Below are positions 1 through 9,379 of a stretch of DNA of 12,147 bases, piece by piece. Both the position numbers and the translations under genes were made by a program. Origin of the DNA: Paraspadella gotoi. Lineage: Eukaryota; Animalia; Chaetognatha. Below the pieces are notes generated by a model, which searched no databases, was not told the DNA's origin, and saw only the letters and a program-made list of their open reading frames with translations. Each line of letters opens with the position of its first letter. Position 1 is the stretch's first letter. Location: the NCBI GenBank assembly GCA_051294375.1, contig JBJCIZ010000356.1, positions 8,313-20,459 of the forward strand, in the 5' to 3' direction.

Positions 1-362
1 GATGGGGAGCAACTGGGTGCAAGAAATGTCCCCCTGGAACATACAGTGAAACTGAAGGTTCACCAGTTTGCTATGCCTGTAAACCTGGAACTTATACTAG
101 TAAAGAAGGGCAAACTAGCTGCACAAACTGCACAGAAAACTGGTTCATGGATTTACCTGGGCAAAAATTTTGTGTACCCTGCCCGCTGGGTTGTGAAGCA
201 GATGAGGAAAGAAAGAAATGTACTGGATTATCCCTATGCTCAAAAAAATATTTGGACATTAAAAATGACTTATATGGAAAAAATGATGTAAGAAAGAATG
301 AGAATTCCAAAACTCTGATTAAAAAAAAAAAGACTAAAGTCACGAGTAAAAACTCCGTGTAA
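1..362 (+). CDS. 3' part (probably terminal exon) of a protein with Cys-rich GCC2/GCC3 / ephrin-receptor-like (TNFR-like) repeats
   Basis: The frame from position 3 is open to TAA at 360-362: WGATGCKKCPPGTYSETEGSPVCYACKPGTYTSKEGQTSCTNCTENWFMDLPGQKFCVPCPLGCEADEERKKC..., then a Lys-rich tail. Repeated CxxCxPGTY(S/T)xxxGxxxC units are characteristic of this family. The ORF track shows only the part from the internal Met at 147; the start lies upstream of the window. Confidence 0.8.
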   Translation, partial: WGATGCKKCPPGTYSETEGSPVCYACKPGTYTSKEGQTSCTNCTENWFMDLPGQKFCVPCPLGCEADEERKKCTGLSLCSKKYLDIKNDLYGKNDVRKNENSKTLIKKKKTKVTSKNSV

Positions 363-491
363 GTATTCATGTTTATAAAAAAAGAGAGAGATACGTTATT
401 TTTCCATTGTGTCTTAGGACAGTTATTAAATATGTTTCGTTTACATTTTATCAAAACAAACAAATATCCTCTATTTTATTTTATGTCTCCT

Positions 492-528
492 TCTCTCTCT
501 CTCACTCTCTCTCTCTCTCTCTCTCTCT
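492..528. repeat. (CT)n microsatellite
   Basis: Near-perfect CT dinucleotide run with one interruption. Confidence 0.95.
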
Positions 529-649
529 TTTTATGCAATTGCGACGCATTCTTTATGCTTTTAAGAATTTTTTAACTTGAATCATTTTTTCACATTAATT
601 AATTAATTAATAAAATAAAACATTTATGAGTAATCATTAATATTAAAGA

Positions 650-724
650 TTCAAGTAAATGTGACTTATGTTTTTTCCATCAAAACTCATTTCCACTGGC
701 ACAATTTCATCAGAAACTTTATAT
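650..724 (+). repeat. Fragment of the interspersed repeat unit also found at 6598-6872
   Basis: tgttttttccatcaaaactcatttccactggcacaatttcatcagaaactttatat (669-724) aligns with tgttttttccgtttaaactcattttcacctgcacgattccatc-gaaactttatat (about 6764-6818). Confidence 0.75.
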
Positions 725-961
725 AATTATTATATATTAATAAATATTTAAAAGCTACAGTGCAACAACCCTATTGAACTAATTCAAAAAGTTACATTGA
801 AAATCGATTTAGTAGTAAAAGGAAAAAAAATTTTTAAAGAGAACTAGAAGTTATAAAAAGTGTTCAATTTGGCCCGCCTTACTAGATATTAGGCCGAAAC
901 AGGTTGAAAACTAGAAGTTCTCTCAAATAAATAATGGTTAAGCAACTATTAAATAATATGA

Positions 962-1250
962 AAATGAAAATAATTTTTAAAATTTTGCTTATCATTTTTT
1001 TTATAGATTCTGATAGAGCTTTAAAAGTTAGATAAAGGTTATTAATACAACTTTTTAAAATTTTGTTGTTTTATTAATGAAAAATTTAAAAAAATAAAAT
1101 TCAGCCAATAATGATGATGATGATGATTTTTAAGGATTTTTATTGTCAAAATTTGAAAAAAATTATAGTACTAACTTTCATTTAACTTTTTAAGCTCTAT
1201 ACAAGAACCGTTCTTAAAAATCAATTTTAAAATTTTTTTTTGTCATTTAT
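962..1250. mobile_element. Degenerate foldback/MITE-like element with long imperfect inverted arms
   Basis: atagagctttaaaagttagat (1013-1033) matches the reverse complement of atttaactttttaagctctat (1180-1200) with 2 mismatches. Similarity continues inward (aaggttattaatacaactttttaaaattttg vs the reverse complement of caaaatttgaaaaaaattatagtactaacttt) and more weakly outward. The centre holds a short (GAT)n run. Ends and target-site duplication are not resolved. Confidence 0.55.
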
Positions 1251-1289
1251 GTTTATAGCGCTATGGTGAAGATGCTGTCCTAATTTAAA

Positions 1290-1537
1290 CCCTCTAGCAG
1301 CATGAGTCCCTGGTTAGGCTTAGTTGCATGCCCCAAGGCGGTTACGGTCAGCTTCCGGCAGTAGGTACCGGTTGGGATGACGGTACCTAGTGGTCATGCG
1401 ACTCGGCACGGTCCACGAGCATGATCAGCGGGTGAACCAGCAATGCGGATACGTGCCTATTCGGAGCAGCTAGCGTAGGGGATGGCTCCAGGGTCCGTGT
1501 CTAAGACGATGACGTCACAGGGAAAAACGTGGCACTG
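1290..1537 (+). ncRNA. GC-rich island with predicted multi-hairpin/pseudoknot RNA structure, possibly a retroelement-derived UTR or SINE; identity unknown
   Basis: Sharp GC island in very AT-rich flanks. Stems at 1297-1327, 1362-1370/1381-1389 (9 bp, perfect), 1391-1399/1419-1427 (9 bp, one G-U) and 1463-1467/1485-1489. Loop 1405-1410 is complementary to 1452-1457. The wobble pairs are G-U on the + strand. Confidence 0.4.
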
Positions 1538-1794
1538 ATTTGAATTTTTTTGTTGATTCAATTGTTTCAAAGTTTATTTCAATTGATTGGTAAAATCATT
1601 TCTTTGATTAGAGACAGTTTTCTTATCTTGAATAATGTAGTATTTACATTGGAAGAGTAAGTAAAAATGATAAATGATAAAAACAATGTATTTCTGTTGA
1701 GTTCCAAAACCAGACTGAAATCATTCAGCAAACAATCAATTAAAGTAAACAATCATTAAACAAATGCTTTAAAACTATAAGGACATCTTCAGTG

Positions 1795-2259
1795 NNNNNN
1801 NNNNNNNNNNNNNNNNNNNNNNNNNNNNNNNNNNNNNNNNNNNNNNNNNNNNNNNNNNNNNNNNNNNNNNNNNNNNNNNNNNNNNNNNNNNNNNNNNNNN
1901 NNNNNNNNNNNNNNNNNNNNNNNNNNNNNNNNNNNNNNNNNNNNNNNNNNNNNNNNNNNNNNNNNNNNNNNNNNNNNNNNNNNNNNNNNNNNNNNNNNNN
2001 NNNNNNNNNNNNNNNNNNNNNNNNNNNNNNNNNNNNNNNNNNNNNNNNNNNNNNNNNNNNNNNNNNNNNNNNNNNNNNNNNNNNNNNNNNNNNNNNNNNN
2101 NNNNNNNNNNNNNNNNNNNNNNNNNNNNNNNNNNNNNNNNNNNNNNNNNNNNNNNNNNNNNNNNNNNNNNNNNNNNNNNNNNNNNNNNNNNNNNNNNNNN
2201 NNNNNNNNNNNNNNNNNNNNNNNNNNNNNNNNNNNNNNNNNNNNNNNNNNNNNNNNNNN
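1795..2259. other. Assembly gap (465 N)
   Basis: Run of N. Confidence 1.
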
Positions 2260-2329
2260 GATAAGTTTTAATATTGGAGACAAAAGAAACAAAAGATTTT
2301 TTGAATTTGATAATCTTTTTTGTTGACAT

Positions 2330-3259
2330 TTGGAGTCCGAGAAGCGTCAGGCTTGTTTGGCAGAGGCAGCACTTGACCAGCGGTTTTCGTGGCGCTTTAA
2401 TGCACCTCAGGCACCGCACCAGGGTGGAGTGTGGGAGAGGTTGGTGAGGTCATGTAAGGAGGCAATGTGGTTTGCTTTTGATTGTAGAGGTTTCCATGAT
2501 CTGCGGCCTGAGGTGTTCAATACCCTTGTGGCTGTGGTCGCTGGCATCCTCAACCGGCGTCCTATTACTAGGGTGTCGGACGATCCTAGCCATCGTTTGG
2601 CTCTTACACCTAATGACTTTCTCCATCCTAACGTTCCTGCACTCTCATCCTTGGAGATCGTTCCGCCAGGCGAAGCCGGTGATGCCCTTAGAAAGATATG
2701 GAAGCAGTCGCAGAGCCTTGTTGATTCCTTCTGGAAGAGATGGCGTATTGAGTATCTCCGAGATTTGCAGAAACGCCAGAAATGGATGGCGACGAGACAC
2801 AATCTCTCCATTGGAGATGTTGTACTCGTCGTGAACGTCGTGAACGAGCTTGTGCCGAGAGACGCCTGGAATATGGCGATAGTTGAAGAGACGATGCCTG
2901 TTGACGGAATTGTCTGGAGAGTGATTGTTCGTACCGCTTTAGGCAAGCGCCTTCACCGTGATCATACGGGGTTGGTGCTTCTTGAAGCTGATGGTGATGA
3001 CACAGTGGCGAGCGAAAATTCCAAAGGCTTAGCAGCCTGTCTTGATAATATGAATATGGAACCAGCCGTTATTGATGCATCCTCAGATGATGCTCCTGGC
3101 AGTCAGCAGATGGAGGGGGAAGCCCCATCCATGACGGCAGTTGAGGCTGTGCCTCTTGCTCCACGACGCCGTGGATGACCGAGGAAGCAACCTCCACCTC
3201 CCCTTGATCGTGATCTGCTTGATCAGCCCTGGCAACTTCGGAGTTGTCGACGGTGGTAG
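2330..3259 (+). pseudogene. BEL/Pao pol fragment: C-terminal part of the DDE integrase core, DUF5641-type domain, acidic linker and AT-hook tail; premature stop at 3176-3178
   Basis: WRFNAPQAPHQGGVWERLVRSCK, ILNRRPIT, LTPNDFL, FWKRWRIEYLRDLQKRQKW, IGDVVLV, PRDAWNMAIVEE and DGIVWRVIVRT are canonical BEL/Pao integrase-region motifs. The first two catalytic Asp residues are missing upstream, and the TTG start is not a real start. The frame continues past the TGA to TAG at 3257-3259. Confidence 0.92.
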
Positions 3260-3526
3260 ATGATTACTCTAGATGAACTGGCATGCTATGATAGTGCTTG
3301 TTGCATTTGATGGCATTTCGTTTTGCTGCTCGGTTTGATTTATTCATTTGATTTAGATCGGTATTTTAGACCGGCATATGATTTCGAATATGATTTTGCT
3401 TATGGATTGGTTTAGCGTCGAGGATTCTTCGCTTTTCATTTGATTTATTGATGATTTTATTCTGTAGATTGGATCTGGTGTCGGATTTGAGAGAGATCGA
3501 TTTCTGGAACCAGTGGGTTCTGTGAT

Positions 3527-3536
3527 GGAGGGGGAA
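3527..3536 (+). promoter_or_regulatory. Polypurine tract (plus-strand primer) of the BEL/Pao element
   Basis: ggagggggaa, one spacer base, then TGT: the usual PPT/LTR junction. Confidence 0.75.
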
Positions 3537-3537
3537 T

Positions 3538-4181
3538 TGTTCCCTTCCCTTAATTGATCTCTTTTGAAGCCTTCCTGGATCCACCTTTGCTCTCCTTCTC
3601 TCCCCCTGTCCAGTTGCTGTGATAGGCAACAGGACGGGTCTCGGAGACGGTAAGGTTGGGCCGCCTTATCCATTTTCAGGTCAGGTGAAGACGCATTCAT
3701 GTGGACTTCCAGTGCGGCTCCGCAAGGTGTGCTTGCGGAAGGGGGTGTATCTGTGTTGGGCCGCGCAGCTCCCCTTCGCGTTTTGGATCGCAAAATGCAA
3801 GCTTCTTCCCTGCGGTCCTGGATTGGCGGGCCTCGACCAATCACCGTCGAGAGTTGGGAGAAGATATTTGTATCTTTTTACCGCGGTTTCCGCGCGCAGC
3901 CATTGAAGAAACGCGTTGGTCGTAGGTTCATTGAGTCGCATATGATCTTGTATATTAGACGGCCAACCGTTTTTAAAACCCAGTAGAGGTTAATATTATT
4001 ATGATACACGATTTTTTACCTTGTTATTAATCTGTTTTTACCCTGTTTTTAATCGGTTTTTAATTGATTTTAGTTTGTTTATTCGTGCCTTATACTTGAT
4101 GTCAATACATGTTTTTAACCTCGCTAAATCTTCAAATTCGTGGCCGAGCGACTTAAGGTTATATGAGTACAAGATCAAACA
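3538..4181 (+). repeat. 3' LTR (about 644 bp) of the BEL/Pao element
   Basis: Starts with TGTT after the PPT and ends at AACA, giving a 4-bp terminal inverted repeat. TATA-like tgtatatta near 3950 and AATACA at 4104-4109. The right end is inferred because there is no second LTR to compare. Confidence 0.65.
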
Positions 4182-4722
4182 CAAATTATAATATGCAAAT
4201 GAGATTAAGATACATAATTAATTCGATTTTTTTTTCTTTCTCTCTTTATGTTCCTCTCTATCCCAAATGTTATAATTGCCAAATGAAATGTCTCTAAATT
4301 GAAAATCTAAATAAAAAAATTAATTATTATTTCATATATTGTAAAGTATTTTTCTTGATTTACAATCAAGCATTAAAAGAATTTACAAAGACATGAAAAA
4401 GAGATAGGAAATTGTGAGAGAGTGAGAAAGATTTAAAGAGTAAAAAATAGTGCCCTGGGCTTCCTTGATACCAAAACAGCTCAGCTTTTGTTGTAAGTTG
4501 CGCTATCATCTGGAAAGGGACAAGATAATGCTTCTAATTAAAAAAAAGTCGATGAATGGGTTCAATATCGGTCATCAACTCTGTATCATTTTATGAGACC
4601 CTGTTATAAATTATTTCTTATATGTCCTATTATTCACCAGACGTTTTTAAAATATAGAGAGAAAGAGAGTTTATGCCTGATACAAAATCAATTTTACTGG
4701 ACTCCGAGTGGATCTATGTCAT

Positions 4723-4726
<4 letters not shown>

Positions 4727-4760
<34 letters not shown>
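4727..4760. repeat. (GA)17 microsatellite
   Basis: Perfect GA run. Shorter imperfect GA runs occur at about 5234-5266, 5702-5718 and 6191-6214. Confidence 0.95.
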
Positions 4761-4764
<4 letters not shown>

Positions 4765-5932
4765 TGTAACACGGGTATTTTTGGTTTCTCATTTGCAGTT
4801 GAATGAAAACAAGATATTTTTCATTCATCGTTTTTGGCAAATTTTTTTTTTTTTCCTTTTCCAAGGATAGCGATTGGTTTTGTCGAGTTTTTAATTTTTT
4901 TTTTCCTACATCAATATATACCCGTTTATGACGATTGCGACTTATTCTCTCGCTAGCGGAGATTGCATCCAAACATCTCCCGTTTCTGACTGTTTCAACA
5001 TGGGATTCAAAAAATATGTTTTTGTATTGATAAAGAAACTTTAGTAGTAGTATCACCGAGAAAAAACCTAAAAACTGGATCCAAAAACAAGCAGACGTTT
5101 CTAATTGAATTTAAAAACAGGACTGAAAAGTATTCTCGTTTCCCTCCTAAAATCGACTTATAAAATATGGTGAAAATATTGACCGGACAGAAAAAAGGCC
5201 GGTCAAACTTTTTAAAGATTGCTTCTTTCAACGGAGAAAGAGAGAGAGAAAGAGAAGAGAGAGAGAAAAAGAATATAATATGTTTAAATAAGTCAAATCA
5301 AATAAGAGTCTGCACATTTACTAAAATTAAATTTTTATGGGTTTTGATTTTTAAATTTGATTGTTACTAACAAAAACTTTGCCTCCCGCATCAAACAGAC
5401 GATTGGAAAGATGGAAAGAAAAAGCAAAGATATGGAGAGGATGTATATAAAAAAGAGAGTAAGAGAAAGAAATGGATATTGAGCTCACAGGGGGAGGTAG
5501 AATGGCAAATTAGGGAATGGTCGTTTCACTTGGGAAAAAAAATATTATTTTTTTTTAGATAACAAAGACAACAATGAGGCAAAAACAAAGGCTTAAACGA
5601 GGGTTAGGAAACTGGGCAGTTTATGATACAAAAAGGATAAGAAAAGAACAAGGGAGTGAGATTAAGGGAAAAAGAATAAAGAGAGATATGCATGTTAAGT
5701 AAGAGAGAGAGAGAGAGAAAAGAGCAAAATATTAAGAGAAGAAATTCAAGTATTATTTGCCCGGTTGATGAGTTTGGCCTTTTTTTGCTTTGTTTCAGTC
5801 ACTTTCTTACTTTCTTACTGTTTTACTCTCGTTGATATTGTTTAAAAATCTTTGTCAATTGTTTTGTGCGAAATATTCATTCCAAATAACTCTTTAGCCT
5901 AAAAAAATCTTTAAAATACAAAGATTTTAAGT

Positions 5933-5958
5933 TCACGTGACCGATATTGACCAATCAC
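5933..5958 (+). promoter_or_regulatory. E-box (TCACGTGAC) plus CCAAT box (GACCAATCA) composite, candidate promoter
   Basis: CACGTG at 5934-5939 and CCAAT at 5951-5955, 11 nt apart, both with favourable flanks, in a locally CpG-containing stretch. Confidence 0.4.
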
Positions 5959-6589
5959 AGTTCGCGATTTGCTATTTTTTTATCAATTGAAAAAAATGCG
6001 TATGATCCCGAATATTTAATAATAAATTGCTGTTGTGAAATGAAAGAGAAGTACAAAGGGCAAAAAAAATCGGGAGGTAAAAGATTTTGAAAAAAAATTA
6101 TACAACAGAGATCCGCCTTATTATACAAGCCTTCATCAGCGTCAAAGAATGTTTGTGAATTATATGAAATTATTTTGTAAAGGAAAGGGTAGAGAGAGAG
6201 AGAAAGAGAGAGAGGGCAAAGTTTCCAACACATGTCCGTATAAACTGTATAAAAATAAATCGTTGTTGAAACAAAATAAAAACGTCTTCTATTAATCAAA
6301 CACAACGAAACGAAAGGAAACAAACGATGTTTAATCAATATTAAAAAAATATTTGATAAATATTAAAAAAAGATATTATTTCAAATTTGTTTTAAAAAAT
6401 CACTGAAAAATTTTATTTACCAATTGCTTCATGTAATAACTACAGGAGTTTGCTTTGTTCAATTTTTAAAATTTAGGTATCCTATAAAATGGTCCATACT
6501 TGTGCGCATATTCTTTATAATGAATTAAGGTTTTTCGATCTGGTATAGGAGTAGTAAGCTTTTCTTAACCGACAGTTGCATTGGGACAC

Positions 6590-7092
6590 ACTGTATTAAA
6601 ACTCATTTTCACTTGCACGATTCTATCAAAACATAATAGCGAGCTTAATCACACACTTTCTTACCCATACATAAAATTTTTTTCAGTTCATCTCTACAAT
6701 TTTAAAAAATGGAATAATTATGAGTAATTATAAGTAAAAAAAGTTTTAAGTAAATATTAATTTTGTTTTTTCCGTTTAAACTCATTTTCACCTGCACGAT
6801 TCCATCGAAACTTTATATCCCGCTTAATCACAAACTTTCCGACCCACACACAAAATTTCCTTCTAATCCATCCAACCATTCACGAGTAATTGGAGTTTCA
6901 TGCTAGGGGGGAATGGACGGACGGACAAACGACGTCGACGGACATATTTTTTTTTTTTTGTAATTTATTCTAATTTGATGTTTTGACATGATCTAAGTAA
7001 GTTACCGACATAATTTTGGGGTGGGACCGACGGACCGACAAAGAGGTTTAAAGAGTCGGAAACTGCTGATAAGCAGATCCGACTGATAAAAA
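6590..7092 (+). mobile_element. Non-autonomous Helentron/DINE-1(HINE)-like element
   Basis: Two diverged core repeats about 180 nt apart (about 6598-6692 and 6778-6872). GGAC/GACG simple repeats at 6916-6944 and 7024-7040. Terminal GC-rich stem-loop agtcgga-aa-ctgct-gata-agcag-a-tccgact (7054-7084) followed by an A-rich tract. The left boundary is uncertain. Confidence 0.65.
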
Positions 7093-7249
7093 TAAAGTAA
7101 AGGGTTTGCTACTTAAAACTGATTAATTTTTTTTTAAATTATTAATTTTTATTTTAATTTTCTCTCCATATAATTGATTAATTTTTCATTTTTAATAAAA
7201 TATTTTAGGTATTCTCATCTCTTTTTATTAAAAAAATTAATTGGTTCAG

Positions 7250-7385
7250 GCTAAAGCTTCTACCTGCTTGGAATAAAGGAAAAAGTTGGGTTCATTATCA
7301 AAGAACCGATTTGTATCCAGAAAAACCAAAAGAAAGCGAAGCCAATATGGAAGAAGATGAAGAAGAAGAAGAGGAAGAAAAATAA
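7250..7385 (+). CDS. Probable terminal coding exon of an unidentified gene with an acidic C-terminus
   Basis: Acceptor ttggttcag|g after an AT-rich intron-like tract. Reads xLKLLPAWNKGKSWVHYQRTDLYPEKPKESEANMEEDEEEEEEEK* with TAA at 7383-7385. Too short for the ORF track. Confidence 0.55.
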
Positions 7386-9379
7386 AAAAAGCTTAATTGT
7401 TTTATAACTTTGTCTTCAATTAAATAATATTTTCAATGCCCTATTTTTTATTTCCCTGTGCATTGATGATCTTAATTAACTTTTTTTAAATGTTTGAATT
7501 GAATGTGATTATATTTGCAATGAAAAGAAATCCCATAAAAATATCCAATAAAACTAATTTTCTGTTTATTTTCTATTATTTTATTGTAGAATATGATACA
7601 GTTTACACAAAACCAAGAGATGAGTATTAGTCCTTTCCATATATGAAAAGTTTTGAAATCAAAAAACGAGTATTGTGTAAAAGGTGCTGCCAACTTTGAA
7701 AAAATGGTAAAAAATGGACTTTTTGCTAAATATCTTTTAAAGCTTTATTGCTAGATAGACGAAACCCAAACTATCTTGTAGAGCGGAAAAAATTGACTAT
7801 GTTACATACCTTGCATTATAAATTAAGTTAGTTTTTTACCAAGTAAATTTTTTTTAAACCTATTGTTTTGGCCAATTTTTTATAAAATCTTTAAAAATTG
7901 ATATTTTTAACATTGTTCGAAGAAACAATTGCCTTTGTTTTGCTGAAAGAATTTTTAAAAAAGGATTATCGGTTAAAAAGTTATAACTTTTTTAAATTAA
8001 AAAAAAATATTTTGTCTTAATGATTATTTTTTTTTTTTTTTTTTTTTGTTTAATAGGTTTGAACTAGACTAAAGATAAAAAGGGAATGCACTTTTCTCAG
8101 AGTAAATAAAAAATAGTACATTCTGATTTGACAATGGGTAACTTTAATATCTTATATTACCAGGTCATTAAAGCTTTTTAAAATTGTTATCAATTTATAA
8201 TGGAATTGTGGATTTAAATAAGGTAGTTTTTTTATTTATATAAAATAAAAAGAAAAATTGACAAAAGCGATTAAATGATTAAAAATTGGTAAAATGAGAC
8301 AAAAAGAGTGAAATTAATGAAAGTTAAGCAACTGAGAGAATAGTTGTTTGCTGTTTGCCGGTTGAGAAAAAAAAATGGTCATCTATGGTGCCAAAGAAAG
8401 AAAACTAGTTATTCCATTTTTTTCATTCATTACCTTTATCAAGCTTGTTCTCCAAAACTGAGTTGAATTATGATTTGTGTTAAGTAGTGGAGATCCTGAT
8501 TATTATTATTAGTAAGAAAGAAAAGAAAATCGCCGGTCAAATTCTTTAAAAATTCCAATGCCCGCAAAGAAATATTTTGCTCCCTCTGTTCAAACGCCGG
8601 TCGCAAAACGTTACCTTATTTGGAAGTATTTTTAGAATTGTTTACTTTACAAATGTAAACCAAATTTTCTCTCTCTCGCCGTATAAAAATGTACAATAGC
8701 CAATTCGATTCCATTCGCTTTTCTGATTTCAATAAATTGATTCATCTCATTTTGTTCGCCATTTTTATATCGACCACCTCCACTAAGTATACAGAGTTCG
8801 GACTTGAATCATACCCCCTTTGTACAAAGATATGCCTCGCCCTTCCTTTTAATTTGGTTATTATCCCGGCCAGTATCTTTGTTACTTTAACTTCTCTGTG
8901 AAACTCATGGCTCAAATCAGTTACAAAGTGGAAACAATGCTAGCCCGGGAAAACTCAATTTCTACGAGCTTTAACAAGTGTTTTTCGCGTTTAATAATGT
9001 ACAAATAAAGTCTATAAACACATAAATATTCGTTTTACTTCGTTAATCTCACGTTGAAATATTTGAATACCTGCTTCGTCGATTCAACGTTTAATAAAAA
9101 CTGTTTCTGCTTAGAAAAAAAGTAAAAACTCGCTTCTTAAATCGTCACTCAAAATAAAAGAAATAAACGATATCATCCAATGAAGCAATACTGAACTCTT
9201 TTGAAGAAATCTATAAAACGGTCACCGATAATTCTATCTGATGAAAGAAACTTCACACCCTTAATTGATCCTCCCCCACGCACAATTGTTTTACAAAATT
9301 GTTTGATTTTTCATAGCAGAAGAATCGTTAAGGATTTTTCTATCTTTTGAATTGAATTTTATTTGTTTCAGAGTCAGGA

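Larger units (their letters stand above)
2325..4181 (+). mobile_element. BEL/Pao LTR retrotransposon, 5'-truncated (integrase C-half, 3' UTR, PPT, 3' LTR)
   Basis: GC content rises abruptly at about 2325. BEL-type integrase motifs follow, then purine tract ggagggggaa (3527-3536) followed after one base by TGTT (3538). Candidate LTR end AACA at 4178-4181 coincides with the return to AT-rich host-like composition. Confidence 0.88.

Noticed and set aside
46-463. ORFs 46..291 (+) and 92..463 (-)
   Set aside because: Off-frame or antisense to the Cys-rich exon.
680-720. Minus-strand CTGATGA...GAAA as a hammerhead ribozyme
   Set aside because: Stem II would close with an A-G mismatch, no stem I or III was found, and the sequence is part of the Helentron-like core repeat.
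1428-1472. gggtgaacc...cggagcag resemblance to SRP (7SL) RNA; RNase MRP also considered
   Set aside because: The helix-8 CAGG/GNRA/AGCA arrangement and Alu domain are absent, and an MRP P4 pairing cannot be formed.
1510-1517. CRE palindrome TGACGTCA
   Set aside because: A single 8-mer with no supporting promoter context.
1775-2419. Long ORFs spanning the N run
   Set aside because: Artefacts of translating N.
2407-2946. 179-aa minus-strand ORF and 120-aa alternative-frame ORF
   Set aside because: Shadows of the BEL integrase frame with no independent motifs.
3353-3986. Cluster of overlapping ORFs as a possible env or accessory gene
   Set aside because: They lie in the GC-rich 3' UTR/LTR, occur in several frames and have no recognisable domain.
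4860-5230. Possible additional mirror block (CG about 15 vs GC about 8)
   Set aside because: Nearby normal-looking sequence (5930-6340) is also CpG-containing, so CG excess alone is not diagnostic.
5365-5520. TACTAAC branch point plus CAG acceptor at 5396-5398 as an exon
   Set aside because: Downstream frames are purine-rich low complexity with no convincing donor or protein signal.
7640-8010. Possible old DNA-transposon/MITE fragment
   Set aside because: Repeat-like appearance only; no termini, target-site duplication or second copy in the window.
9238-9251. CTGATGA followed by aagaaac as a hammerhead core
   Set aside because: No room for stem II.
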